Below, piece by piece: positions 28,971-38,432 of a stretch of DNA of 64,000 nucleotides. Below the pieces are notes generated by a model that was given only the letters and a program-made list of their open reading frames with translations, did no database searches and was not told the origin of the DNA. The stretch's first letter is position 1. Each line of letters begins with the position of its first letter. The stretch is from an uncultured Actinomycetes bacterium (GTDB lineage Bacteria > Actinomycetota > UBA4738 > HRBIN12): the NCBI GenBank assembly GCA_963810635.1, contig CAWEOB010000008.1, positions 90,615 to 154,614 of the forward strand, written 5' to 3'. The translations under genes and the position numbers were made by a program.

Positions 28971-29453
28971 CTACCAGTGGGCGCTGAACGTCACCGCCGG
29001 GGCGTTGCCGGCGAAGCAGTCGGTTGAGGTCACGTCGTCGAGGACGCCGAACTGCGTGTCGTTCGGCGGATCGTCCTGCAGGAAGAAGCACGTCCCGCTC
29101 ACCGAGTACGCCGCGAGCGTGAGGACCCCCCCGGCGTTGTCCCTGCTGACCGTGGTGGGACGAGCGCTGGTCGCGGCGGCGTCCACCCAATCGAGCGAGG
29201 GCTCGGTGTTCGCCAGCATGACGAGGCTGGCCGCCGCGTAGTCCTCCTCCGTCGAGAAGATGATCCGGCCGGCCATCAGCGCGGCCCGGACCGAGGTCTT
29301 CGCCGCCGCGTTCTGCGCACGCTCGCGGGCGCCGAGCAAGGTCGGGATCGCGATCGCCATGATGACGGCCAGCACCATCATCGCCACGAGCAACTCGATG
29401 ATCGTGAAGCCGTCATCGTTTCGGCGGCGTGGCGCACTGAGGGGGACCCGCAT
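28971..29453 (-). CDS. Type IV pilin-like protein (prepilin N-terminal cleavage/methylation domain)
   Basis: MRVPLSAPRRRNDDG|FTIIELLVAMMVLAVIMAIAIPTLL (class III signal, G|F cleavage site, Glu+5). C-terminal Cys pair. It lies 65 bp downstream of the rpoD stop. Confidence 0.75.
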   Translation of the reverse strand: MRVPLSAPRRRNDDGFTIIELLVAMMVLAVIMAIAIPTLLGARERAQNAAAKTSVRAALMAGRIIFSTEEDYAAASLVMLANTEPSLDWVDAAATSARPTTVSRDNAGGVLTLAAYSVSGTCFFLQDDPPNDTQFGVLDDVTSTDCFAGNAPAVTFSAHW

Positions 29454-29518
29454 CTCCCGGTAGGAATCGGCACATGGCACTGCTCACGGCAACCGTGCAT
29501 CAGGTACTTCGGTCCGCC

Positions 29519-30874
29519 TCACTCCAGGTAGTCGCGCAGCTTCTGCGACCGGCTGGGGTGCCGGAGCTTCGAAAGGGTCTTGCTCTCGATCTGGCGGATC
29601 CGCTCCCGGGTCACACCGAACTCCCGCCCCACCTCCTCGAGGGTCCGCGGGTGTCCGTCGGCAAGACCGAACCGGAGCTGCACGACCTTCTTCTCTCGCT
29701 CCGAGAGCGTTTCGAGCACGCCCTCGAGCTGTTCCTGCAGGAGGATGAAGCTCGCGGCATCCACCGGGACGACGGCCTCGGCGTCCTCGATGAAGTCGCC
29801 GAGCTGGGAGTCCTCTTCCTCGCCGATCGGGGTGTGCAACGAGACCGGCTCCTGCGACACCTTCTGGATCTCGCGCACCTTGTCGGCGCCGATCCCCATG
29901 ACCTTGCCGATCTCGTCGGGCGTCGGCTCGCGCCCGAGGTCCTGGAGCAGCTGCCGCTGCACGCGGACCAGCTTGTTGATGGTCTCCACCATGTGCACGG
30001 GGATGCGGATCGTCCGCGCCTGGTCGGCGATGGCCCGCGTGATCGCCTGACGGATCCACCAGGTGGCGTACGTGGAGAACTTGTACCCCTTCGAGTAGTC
30101 GAACTTCTCGACCGCGCGGATCAGACCGAGGTTGCCCTCCTGGATCAGGTCGAGGAACAGCATCCCCCGGCCCACGTACCGCTTGGCGATGGACACCACC
30201 AACCGGAGGTTGGCCTCGATCAGCTTCTTCTTCGCCAGCTGCCCGTCGCGCTCGACCCGGTGGCAGAAATCCTCGAGCTCCTGGTCGGACTTGGGCTTGT
30301 AGCTCTTGGCGATCCGGTCACGCCCGATGCCCTCGACCTTCCCGAAGGCGGTGAGCTGGTGGTCGCGGATCTCCCAGACCTTCGTCACGAGGAAGCGGAG
30401 CTCCTTGGGTTCGGGCTTGCCGTCCTCCGACACCTCGACCTGGAGCGCCGTGGACAGCTCCCCGGCTTCGATCCGCCTGGCCAGGTCGACCTCCTGCGCC
30501 GCGTTCAGGAGGGGGACCTTCCCGATCTCCTTCAGGTACATGCGGACCGGGTCGTTCGTCGGTGCGCGGAGCAGGTCGACCTCGATCCGGACCTGCGTGG
30601 CGGCATCGGTGTCGTCACCCGGCACCTCGATGACCTCGATCGCCTCGGCGGTGAGGTGCTCCTGGATCTGGGACAGGAACTCCTCGATCTGCTCGGGCGT
30701 GAAGTCGTCGACGGGGACCGTCTCGAGGAGGTCCTCGGAGGTCACGAAACCCCGCTCGCGACCCTTCGCGACGAGCTGCTCCTTCACCTCATCGAGGCTG
30801 GGCAGATCCGTGACCGCAGGGCGGCCCTGATCCACCGGGAGCTCCCGTCGGTTTTCGCGGGCAGGATCGCTCAC
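29519..30874 (-). CDS. rpoD: Primary RNA polymerase sigma factor
   Basis: Region 2 [31 protein letters not shown]. Regions 3 and 4 [30 protein letters not shown]. Confidence 0.97.
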   Translation of the reverse strand: MSDPARENRRELPVDQGRPAVTDLPSLDEVKEQLVAKGRERGFVTSEDLLETVPVDDFTPEQIEEFLSQIQEHLTAEAIEVIEVPGDDTDAATQVRIEVDLLRAPTNDPVRMYLKEIGKVPLLNAAQEVDLARRIEAGELSTALQVEVSEDGKPEPKELRFLVTKVWEIRDHQLTAFGKVEGIGRDRIAKSYKPKSDQELEDFCHRVERDGQLAKKKLIEANLRLVVSIAKRYVGRGMLFLDLIQEGNLGLIRAVEKFDYSKGYKFSTYATWWIRQAITRAIADQARTIRIPVHMVETINKLVRVQRQLLQDLGREPTPDEIGKVMGIGADKVREIQKVSQEPVSLHTPIGEEEDSQLGDFIEDAEAVVPVDAASFILLQEQLEGVLETLSEREKKVVQLRFGLADGHPRTLEEVGREFGVTRERIRQIESKTLSKLRHPSRSQKLRDYLE

Positions 30875-30943
30875 GTGAGGTCCTGGGGGGGCTTCAGCAC
30901 GACCGCACCAGTGTACGGAACGGCGACCCGCGCGACCCGGAAG

Positions 30944-32722
30944 CTACGCCGGAGACTCGCGCAGGCGGCGGAGCTCGGCGTCCGCCTCCACGAGCTGCTT
31001 GAACAAGTCGTCGTAGCCATGGTCCTCGGTCGGATTGAGCTTCTGGACCTTCATGCGGAGCGCGTCGCTGCGCGCCGACAGGAAGTAGCCGTGGATGCTC
31101 CGCCACACGGCCTCGGCGTACTCGGGCGACGGATCGCCGTCGAACGGCTCGACGGTGAGCGACGCCGCCCCGGCCGCCAGCTTCTGATCCGCGGCGTCGA
31201 CCACGGAGGTGATGTCGCCGTTGGCTCCCTTCAACGCCACGAAGAGGCGGCGGTTCGGCTGGGCGCGGAAGTGCTCCTCGGTCAGCCGGTCCGCGTACGC
31301 CGCGTACACCTCGGCATCGCGTGCGAGGAGCCGGAGCATCTCGCGCTCGGCCCGTTCGGCCGCGCTCCCCTTCCGGAGGGTCTTCGCGACCTCCTGCGGG
31401 CGGCCGCCGAGGCGGCGTTGGAGCGACCGGAGCACCGAGGTCTCAGCGACGCCCGCGAGGTCGGCGAGCAGACCTGCGTACTCGGAGCGCCGGACGGGAT
31501 CCTCGAGACGTTCGAGGAGGGGCAGGGCGTCGGCGACCGCCGCGGACTGGCCCTCGATGGTGGCCAGGTCGTGGCGGCCGACGGTGCGCCGGATCATGTA
31601 CTCCACGAGCGGCCGCGCTTGCGCCGCGGCCTCGCGCACGGCGTCGGCCCCGTGCTTGGCCACCATCTCGGCGGGATCGAGCCCCTCCGGCATGATCATG
31701 ACGAACGCTCGGATGGGATACGTCTCCTGGAACGCGAAGGCCCGCTCCGCGGCACGGGCGCCGGCCTCGTCGGAGTCGAAGGCGAGCACGGCCCTCCTGG
31801 CGAACCGCGACAGCAGCTCGAAGTGCCTCTCCCCGAGCGCCGTGCCGCACGTGGCGACCGTGTTCTCGATGCCGGCCTGCGCGAGCCCGATGACGTCGGT
31901 GTACCCCTCGACCACGAACGCCTCGCCGGCGCGCGAGATGGACGCGCGGGCGCGGTGCAGGTTGTACAGGAGTTCGTGCTTGCGGTAGATCGGCGTCTCG
32001 GCCGTGTTGAGGTACTTGGCTTGGTCGGCGGCGCGCGGGTCGCTGGGAAGCACCCGTGCGCCGAACCCCAGGTGGCGGCCCTGCAGGTCCTGGATCGGGA
32101 ACGTGATGCGACCGCGGAAGCGGTCGCGCACGGTCCCGTCCTCACCGCGCGCGGCCAAGCCGGCTTCGAGCAGGAGCTCGGTCGAGACGTCCCGGGCCTG
32201 GCTGAGACGCCGGAGCAGGAAGTCGGGGTAGCCGGGCGCGTAACCGATCTCGAACATCTCGATGGCCTCGGGGGTGAGCCCTCGCTCGGCGACGTAGGCG
32301 CGGGCGTCGGCGGCTTCGCGCCCTTCAGCGAGCATGCGCCGGTAGAGCGTGGACGCCTCCTCGTTGGCGCGGAAGAGCGCCTTGCGGTGCTCCGCCGCGC
32401 GGCGCTCGGCGAGCGAGTCACCCTCGTAGCGAAGGTGGACGCCGGCCGTGGCGGCCAGCCGTTCGATGGCCTCCACGTAGCTGAGCGACTCGAGCTCGCG
32501 GAGGAAGGTGATGGCGTCGCCGCCCTTGCCGCACCCGAAGCAGTAGAAGACCCCCTTCGACGGTGACACGCTGAACGACGCGGTCTTCTCCTGGTGGAAC
32601 GGGCAGAGACCGCTCAAGGAGTCGTGCCCCGACTTCTTCAGCGTGAGGTACTGCCCCACGAGCTGGACGATGTCGGTCCGTTCCTTGACGGCCTCGATGT
32701 CTTCCTGCCGGATCCGCGCCAA
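30944..32722 (-). CDS. dnaG: DNA primase
   Basis: TTG start at 32722. Zinc finger CPFHQEKTASFSVSPSKGVFYCFGCGKGGD. TOPRIM motifs VVEGYTDV and AFDSDEAG. Confidence 0.97.
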   Translation of the reverse strand: MARIRQEDIEAVKERTDIVQLVGQYLTLKKSGHDSLSGLCPFHQEKTASFSVSPSKGVFYCFGCGKGGDAITFLRELESLSYVEAIERLAATAGVHLRYEGDSLAERRAAEHRKALFRANEEASTLYRRMLAEGREAADARAYVAERGLTPEAIEMFEIGYAPGYPDFLLRRLSQARDVSTELLLEAGLAARGEDGTVRDRFRGRITFPIQDLQGRHLGFGARVLPSDPRAADQAKYLNTAETPIYRKHELLYNLHRARASISRAGEAFVVEGYTDVIGLAQAGIENTVATCGTALGERHFELLSRFARRAVLAFDSDEAGARAAERAFAFQETYPIRAFVMIMPEGLDPAEMVAKHGADAVREAAAQARPLVEYMIRRTVGRHDLATIEGQSAAVADALPLLERLEDPVRRSEYAGLLADLAGVAETSVLRSLQRRLGGRPQEVAKTLRKGSAAERAEREMLRLLARDAEVYAAYADRLTEEHFRAQPNRRLFVALKGANGDITSVVDAADQKLAAGAASLTVEPFDGDPSPEYAEAVWRSIHGYFLSARSDALRMKVQKLNPTEDHGYDDLFKQLVEADAELRRLRESPA

Positions 32723-32726
32723 CGCC

Positions 32727-33797
32727 TCAGGGTCCTCGCTCGAGGAGCCAGCCCCGGGGAAGGAAGAGCCGCTCGTAGGTGCGGAGGGCGTACCGATCCG
32801 TCATGCCGGCGATGTGGTCGGCAACCCGGGTCGGCGGGTCCCCCGGCGCCCGATGGTACTCGGGCGGGAGCTCGTCCGGATGCTCCAGGAAGTAGCCGAA
32901 GAGATCGCGCAGGAGCTTCACCGCCTTCTCGTGATCCTCCCGGGCGCTGGCCCGCAGGTACACCTCGGCGAACATGAAGTCGCGGAGCTCGTCGAGCGCA
33001 CGGAAGACGTGCTGCGACAAGCGGATCTCGGGCTGGTCGGCGCTCTGTGCCACCAGGTCGCGCACGAGGGTGTCGATGCGCAGCGAATGGGTTACGCCGA
33101 GCGTGGCGAGGGCCGCGGCGGGCAGCTCGTCGAGCTGGAGCACCCCGGCTCGCACGGCGTCGTCGATGTCGTGGTTGACGTAGGCGATGCGGTCGGCGAA
33201 CCGCACGACCTGCGCCTCGAGCGTGGACGGCGGTGGCATGGACCAGGGGTGGTGCACGATGCCGTCGCGGACCTCCCAGGTGAGGTTGAGACCCTCCCCG
33301 TCGTTCTCCAGGTACTCGACCACCCGGAGCGACTGCTCCGAGTGCCGGAACGGACGTCCGAGGAACGGCGTCAGCGCCTGCTCACCCAGATGACCGAACG
33401 GCGTGTGTCCCAGGTCGTGACCGAGCGCGATCGCCTCGGTGAGGTCCTCGTTGAGCCGGAGCGCCCGCGCGGCGGTCCGGGCGATCTGGCTCACGTCCAG
33501 CGTGTGGGTGAGGCGCACCCGGTAGTGGTCTCCCTCGGGGGCCAGGAACACCTGGGTCTTGTGCTTGAGCCGCCGGAAGGCCTTCGCGTGCACGATGCGA
33601 TCGCGGTCCCGCTGGAAGCAGGTGCGGAGATCGTCGGGAGCCTCGGGCCGCTCGCGGCCTTTGCTCTCCGCAGCGAGGACGGCATGCGGGGACAGGGTCT
33701 CGTGTTCGATCTGCTCGGAGCGTTCGCGGGGGGCCGCCACGGGGTCATGGTAGCGGCCGTCTCCGACGCCTCGGACCTCGACCTGGTCCGTGGTCAC
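32727..33797 (-). CDS. dgt: dGTP triphosphohydrolase-like HD-domain protein
   Basis: FQRDRDRIVHAKAFRRLKHKTQVF, HD motif HTLDVSQIAR..LGHDLGHTPFGH. Conserved position upstream of dnaG. Confidence 0.9.
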   Translation of the reverse strand: MTTDQVEVRGVGDGRYHDPVAAPRERSEQIEHETLSPHAVLAAESKGRERPEAPDDLRTCFQRDRDRIVHAKAFRRLKHKTQVFLAPEGDHYRVRLTHTLDVSQIARTAARALRLNEDLTEAIALGHDLGHTPFGHLGEQALTPFLGRPFRHSEQSLRVVEYLENDGEGLNLTWEVRDGIVHHPWSMPPPSTLEAQVVRFADRIAYVNHDIDDAVRAGVLQLDELPAAALATLGVTHSLRIDTLVRDLVAQSADQPEIRLSQHVFRALDELRDFMFAEVYLRASAREDHEKAVKLLRDLFGYFLEHPDELPPEYHRAPGDPPTRVADHIAGMTDRYALRTYERLFLPRGWLLERGP

Positions 33798-33862
33798 GCC
33801 CGTATACCCTCCCGGGAGCGAACCGCCGAGGCACGGCGGTCGAGGCGAACGAGGAGGGTCGG

Positions 33863-34297
33863 ATGCGGGCTCGGGTCATGGTGGGGATGGTGCTGGTCGC
33901 TGTGATGGCGGCGTGTGCCTCGGACAGCGAGACGCCATCGGTTCCGACGGCCGACTCGTCGCCCTCGACCTCGTCCTCCTCGTCGTCCGCCACCCCCACC
34001 TCGTCCAGCCCGTCTCCCTCGGAGGAGCCGGTCGCCGACGTGGTCATGTCGAACTTCTTCTTCGCCCCCGAGGAGATCACGGTCACGAGCGGGGACGAGC
34101 TCTCGCTCTTCAACGCCAGCGCGTCGTCGTCGCACTCGTTCACGGTGCTGGGGCAGGGCATCGACGTGATCGTCGAGCTCCAGACAGGTGCCGATGTGAC
34201 CATCGATCTCGAAGCGGGCACCTACCCCTTCTTCTGCAAGTTCCACGATTCGGCGGGCATGGTCGGAACGCTCGTGGTGGAGCCGATCGCAGCCTGA
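33863..34297 (+). CDS. Cupredoxin (plastocyanin/azurin-like) lipoprotein
   Basis: RBS GAGGAGGG before ATG 33863. Lipobox VMAAC. Ser/Thr/Pro linker. Type-1 copper ligand pattern H...FFCKFHDSAGM. Confidence 0.8.
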   Translation: MRARVMVGMVLVAVMAACASDSETPSVPTADSSPSTSSSSSSATPTSSSPSPSEEPVADVVMSNFFFAPEEITVTSGDELSLFNASASSSHSFTVLGQGIDVIVELQTGADVTIDLEAGTYPFFCKFHDSAGMVGTLVVEPIAA

Positions 34298-34327
34298 GCG
34301 GTCACGTCCGGCCACCCGGCCCGAGAC

Positions 34328-34936
34328 TCAGCTCCCCAGCAGCCGGTAGTGCAGATAGGCGAAGGTCTCGCGGAGGTACCCCTGGCCGCGGCTCTCCTCC
34401 GACGTGGCGCCGGAGGTCCAGGTGGCCGACGCGTGTCCGGCGAGACCGAGGTCCTCGGCCATCGCCTCGATCCGAGCGTTGTGCCACGGATCCGAGACGA
34501 GGAACGCCGACCCGTGACCCTGTTGGTGGAGCCAGCGCGAGGCGGCCTGGAGGCTCTCGAACGTGGTGCCACCCTCGGCGAGCGCGATGACGGCGTCGGC
34601 CGGGACGCCCTGCTCGATGAGGTACGTGCGGCCGGCCTCGGCTTCGGTGGTGCGGTCCCCCGGCTGCTTGCCGCCCACCGTGACGACGCGATCCGCGCGG
34701 CCCTGCTCCCACAACAGGACGGCGTGGTCGAGCCGGCCGCGGAACACGGGAGATGGCTCCCCGTCGTATTGGGCGGCGCCGAGGACGACGATGGCGTCGG
34801 CATGGTCCAGGTCGCTCGCACCGTCGTGGTGAGCTGCTCGCCACACCGCCACGGCCGAGCCCAGGACGAGCAGGAGGGCGACCAGGACGAGCGACCCGAT
34901 CACCGCCAGGAATGGATGCCTGCGGATCAGGTGCAC
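34328..34936 (-). CDS. YdcF/DUF218 (SanA/ElyC-like) membrane-anchored protein
   Basis: N-terminal TM helix, then DAIVVLGAAQYDGEPSPVFRGRLDHAVLLWEQGRADRVVTVGG...FLVSDPWH. Confidence 0.8.
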   Translation of the reverse strand: MHLIRRHPFLAVIGSLVLVALLLVLGSAVAVWRAAHHDGASDLDHADAIVVLGAAQYDGEPSPVFRGRLDHAVLLWEQGRADRVVTVGGKQPGDRTTEAEAGRTYLIEQGVPADAVIALAEGGTTFESLQAASRWLHQQGHGSAFLVSDPWHNARIEAMAEDLGLAGHASATWTSGATSEESRGQGYLRETFAYLHYRLLGS

Positions 34937-34997
34937 GGGCCCAGGCTACTCGGCCCACCCGCACCCCTCGGGCGAGCCGTCCGGGATCCACGGCATC

Positions 34998-36128
34998 TCA
35001 GCGTCGGTAGATCCGAGCCCCTCGGGGCCCGAGCAGCATGAGGTAGACAGATCCATCGGGGGCCGTGGTCAGGTACCGGACCTGGGCCTCGGTCGGGATG
35101 CCGGGATCGGGGAGTCGCTCCCAGACGAGAGCCGAGCCGTCATCGGACACCTCGAGGTACCACCAACCGCCGAGAGTGAGATCCTCGTCGCGTCCGCTGG
35201 TCACGATCCGCACGGAGGCGGACAGTCCATGGGGCCGAGCTCCCTGCACCCAGACCGCGACGCTGTGCCGGAGCACCGGCGACCCCACCCGGCGGACGAG
35301 CCGGAACCGGAGCGGGAGGACGCTCGAGCCGTCGTCGGCGAGGAACGTGACCTCCAGACGGTCGGGCAGGGACCGGAGGTGCACGTCGAGCGGCGAGGCG
35401 ATGTCCATGTTGTTGCCCCCCGACAGCGGAACACCTGCGCGCTCGCGCACCGAGCCGAGATCCGGATTCACCTCGACCCACCCCGACGGACCGCTGCCCG
35501 CGGGATGGTCCGCGGTCGAGCCGAACCCGTGGAGCTCGCCGGTGAGCGTGGGGGTGCCGGGGACGAGCGAGTACAGGATCGCGGGTTCGTCGCCGAGGGT
35601 GACCTCCTTCATGGGCCGCTGATCGCCCCCGTCGAAGACCGTCACGGCGGACGCCGCGGTCAGGATGTTCCCGCGGAGCACAACGAGCGAGCCGTCACGG
35701 ACCTGGAGGTCGCGGACCCTCCACACGCCCCCCACCGGGAACCGGCCGAGCGACCCGAGGTAGTCGCCCGTGGCGGCGTAGTGGGCGACCCGCCCCTTGA
35801 CGTAGTCGAGGATCCACACCGACCCGTCGCGGTCCACCGCGAACGAAGGCGGCACGCCGCCGACGTAGGCATCCGACGCCTCCGGCACGTACCCGAGCTG
35901 CGCCTCACGAGATCCGAACGGGATCTCCGTCACCAGCCGCCAGGCTGCGGGTCGCTCCGCCAGGCTGGCGGTCAGCACGACCGGATCCAGCTCGACGGGA
36001 GCGGAGCTCGGGGCGGGCGAAGGAGCCTCCGTCACCCAATGGGTGACGGAGGACTCCGCGCTCCGCTGCCCTCCCTCGCAGGCCGCCAGGAGCGACACGA
36101 CGAGGAGAACCGCGGCCCATCGCCTCAC
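34998..36128 (-). CDS. Lipoprotein of unknown function (propeller-like), third gene of a coupled operon
   Basis: GTG 36128 overlaps the upstream stop (GTGA). VRRWAAVLLVVSLLAAC lipobox. Repeated strand-like segments (GSVWILDYVKGRVAHYAATGDYLGSLG). C-terminal part resembles that of 36799..38163. Confidence 0.7.
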   Translation of the reverse strand: MRRWAAVLLVVSLLAACEGGQRSAESSVTHWVTEAPSPAPSSAPVELDPVVLTASLAERPAAWRLVTEIPFGSREAQLGYVPEASDAYVGGVPPSFAVDRDGSVWILDYVKGRVAHYAATGDYLGSLGRFPVGGVWRVRDLQVRDGSLVVLRGNILTAASAVTVFDGGDQRPMKEVTLGDEPAILYSLVPGTPTLTGELHGFGSTADHPAGSGPSGWVEVNPDLGSVRERAGVPLSGGNNMDIASPLDVHLRSLPDRLEVTFLADDGSSVLPLRFRLVRRVGSPVLRHSVAVWVQGARPHGLSASVRIVTSGRDEDLTLGGWWYLEVSDDGSALVWERLPDPGIPTEAQVRYLTTAPDGSVYLMLLGPRGARIYRR

Positions 36129-36802
36129 GGGACCTCCACCACGGGTCCACCCCGCGCCTGGACGGCGCACCGCGGCCAGCAGTCCGCGGTCCATCCGTCG
36201 CGGCGGGCCGCCTTGTAGGCGGATTGGCTCCGGTAGTCGCGCTCGAAGATCCCGATCGCGGGGGAGATGCTGCCACCCACGGCCTCGAGCACGATGTCCG
36301 TGTTCCTGCTCGTGCCCACCGTGTAGAGCAGCGCCACGTGACCGTTCTTCGCCAGCGCGTCCATCGGGAGCATGTTCGCCTTCGCGATGGAGGCGAACGG
36401 CCACCCACCCTGGGGGTCCCGGAACTCATCCGAGTGATAGGGGCCGTGGATGTTCATGAGCTTGCCGTACAGCCGGCCGCCGCTCGCCCCCTGGTTGGGC
36501 CGCAGCTTCCACGCCTTGAAGGTGAGGCCGCTGCAGTCGGGCCCCTCCGCACCGCTGTTCGCGTTGTCGTCGTCGGCGGGCGTGTCGTCGCGGTCGTTGT
36601 CGTTCCAGCACCCCCCGCCCATCTCGTACCCCTCACCGACGGCGACGAGCGCGTACGCGCGGGAGTCCGCTCGTTTCCAGTAGGTGATGTCCTGCCAATC
36701 GCTGGAGCAGTTCTGGTCGACCCACGACGCCGAGGCGGGGATCGCATCGGCAACCGTCGCCAGCATCGCGAGCAGCACGAGGACGATCGCGGTGCGTCTC
36801 AT
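36125..36802 (-). CDS. Secreted NlpC/P60-like cysteine peptidase
   Basis: ATG 36802 overlaps the upstream stop (ATGA). Signal peptide MRRTAIVLVLLAMLATVADAIPASA. Catalytic-type motifs EGPDCSGLTFKAW and NGHVALLYTVG. Confidence 0.7.
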   Translation of the reverse strand: MRRTAIVLVLLAMLATVADAIPASASWVDQNCSSDWQDITYWKRADSRAYALVAVGEGYEMGGGCWNDNDRDDTPADDDNANSGAEGPDCSGLTFKAWKLRPNQGASGGRLYGKLMNIHGPYHSDEFRDPQGGWPFASIAKANMLPMDALAKNGHVALLYTVGTSRNTDIVLEAVGGSISPAIGIFERDYRSQSAYKAARRDGWTADCWPRCAVQARGGPVVEVP

Positions 36803-38163
36803 GACGACCTCCTTCCGGATCCGTACCGGACGACGTGCACGCCGTCGGGTTCCGTTCGCAGCTGATAGAGGGCGCCGTCGGGCGCCGCACGGAACCGAGA
36901 GAGCGCCATGGACGTGGCGTATCCCCCGCCGGCCGTCAGGAAGGTACGGACATGGAGGGAACGATCGACCCGGATGACCTGATACCGGTCCGGGGCGCCG
37001 GAGCGGTCGCGGTGCACGTGCACCGCGATCACGAAGCCGCCCACGCCATCGGCCTCGGCGAGGGCGACGTCGCCGAAGCGCACGTCCCGCGCATCCGGCA
37101 CGAGCTCGAGCGCCCGCCGTACCCGGTTCCCGTTGACCGTGCCGATGCGGATCCGGTCATCGGTCCCGGAGACGAGCAGCTGGCTGCGTCGGCCGAGCGG
37201 ACGGCCCATGGTCGTCCCCGGCCGACGGGTCGCCTCGCGGCCGCCTATCGCGACCCACGCGTCGAGCGGCAGGACGCGCACGAAGGCAGCGCCGCCGGCC
37301 ACCTCGATCTCCGACGGCATGCCGGGGAGATGCTTCGTGACCACGCGGATGTCGCCGCGCGGGCCGATCGCACGTACCGTGCCACGGAACGAGGAGCCTG
37401 CCCCTCGCGAGGCGAGGTAGGCCGTCCCGTCCCGCGCCACGGCGACGTCGGCCCAGGATGAACCGGACAGGGGAACCTGCCGCACGAGCCGGTCCCCGCG
37501 GAACTCGGCGACCCGTGCCTGCAGGGAGTCGACGAGGACGATGGCACCCTGGCGTCCGACATCGAACGAGGACGGCCCCAGGGTGGGCGATTCGTTGCCC
37601 GGACGGAGCCCGGCGCGGAGCGAGCCCGTCCCCCATGGCAGGAACAGCACCTCCCGCCCGCGTCGCACACGACCGAACGGGACCGCCGGCACCCGCACGG
37701 TGGGCAGGTGCTCCGCGACGTACACGCGCAGCGCGCGCGACGGTCCCGTTGCCGTCGCGGTCGCTCGGCCCGACGCAGCGCGCGCCGAGACCCGGAACGC
37801 GATGCTCCCGGAACCGGTGCGGGCGTTCAGTGCCCGGCCGAGCGGCGCCGACAGGTCGAACCGGAGACCGGTGTTGGCCGGCGCCCGGAACGTCCGCCAC
37901 CCGGATCCGCGTTCCCGGAGACGCAGGACCGCCGTCGCCGGACATGCCGATCCGTCCGCGGCCGCACACACCACATCGACCGGTAGCCGCACCTCCTCGC
38001 CGGCTCGCACCAACACGGGCGTCGTGTGGAACACCTCGAGCCTCGCCACGCCTACCGTGGGTGCCGACGCACGCCGCGCGATGACGGCGCGTTCGGGCAT
38101 GAGGAACAGGAGCGCCAGGCCGAGCACGGTGACGAGCGCGGCAGACCACCTGAGACTCCGCAT
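36799..38163 (-). CDS. N-terminally anchored protein of unknown function, first gene of the operon
   Basis: MRSLRWSAALVTVLGLALLFLMP TM anchor. 454 aa with no recognisable catalytic motif. Tail DGALYQLRTEPDGVHVVRYGS resembles the tail of 34998..36128 (DGSVYLMLLGPRGARIYRR). Confidence 0.7.
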   Translation of the reverse strand: MRSLRWSAALVTVLGLALLFLMPERAVIARRASAPTVGVARLEVFHTTPVLVRAGEEVRLPVDVVCAAADGSACPATAVLRLRERGSGWRTFRAPANTGLRFDLSAPLGRALNARTGSGSIAFRVSARAASGRATATATGPSRALRVYVAEHLPTVRVPAVPFGRVRRGREVLFLPWGTGSLRAGLRPGNESPTLGPSSFDVGRQGAIVLVDSLQARVAEFRGDRLVRQVPLSGSSWADVAVARDGTAYLASRGAGSSFRGTVRAIGPRGDIRVVTKHLPGMPSEIEVAGGAAFVRVLPLDAWVAIGGREATRRPGTTMGRPLGRRSQLLVSGTDDRIRIGTVNGNRVRRALELVPDARDVRFGDVALAEADGVGGFVIAVHVHRDRSGAPDRYQVIRVDRSLHVRTFLTAGGGYATSMALSRFRAAPDGALYQLRTEPDGVHVVRYGSGRRSS

Positions 38164-38335
38164 CCCAGGCCACCTCCTTCGATCCGGGGAAGGAACGGGG
38201 AAGGCGAGGGAGGACCGCGGAGACTACGCGGGACCACGTGAGCCGACAGTGAGGGACGTCACACCTCCACCAAGATCACCCACGCCGTACGTAGGAAGGG
38301 TGCATCCGCCGTCATCCATCTGCCCCACATGCAGC

Positions 38336-38365
38336 TTGACCGTGGGAGAAGCCCGTGCGTAGGGT
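38336..38365 (+). promoter_or_regulatory. Candidate sigma-A-type promoter for the M6 peptidase gene
   Basis: TTGACC (38336-38341), 18 nt spacer, TAGGGT (38360-38365; fits TANNNT), about 70 nt upstream of ATG 38433. Pattern match only. Confidence 0.25.
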
Positions 38366-38432
38366 CGGAAGGTCATGACGACCGTGCCCCCGGTCGGCGA
38401 TCCCGGCCTGCGGGGCGAAGGGAGGGGTTCCC

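Noticed and set aside
29474-32566. A 1,030-aa plus-strand ORF, the longest in the track
   Set aside because: It runs antisense to rpoD and dnaG, which have unmistakable motifs. Its product is low-complexity and rich in R, L, D, E and G. This is the typical stop-poor antisense frame of a very GC-rich genome. The same applies to 45599..47224 (antisense to glyQS), 42217..43611 (antisense to ppdK), 10388..11290, 14190..14888, 23352..24302, 23504..24724 and similar ORFs.
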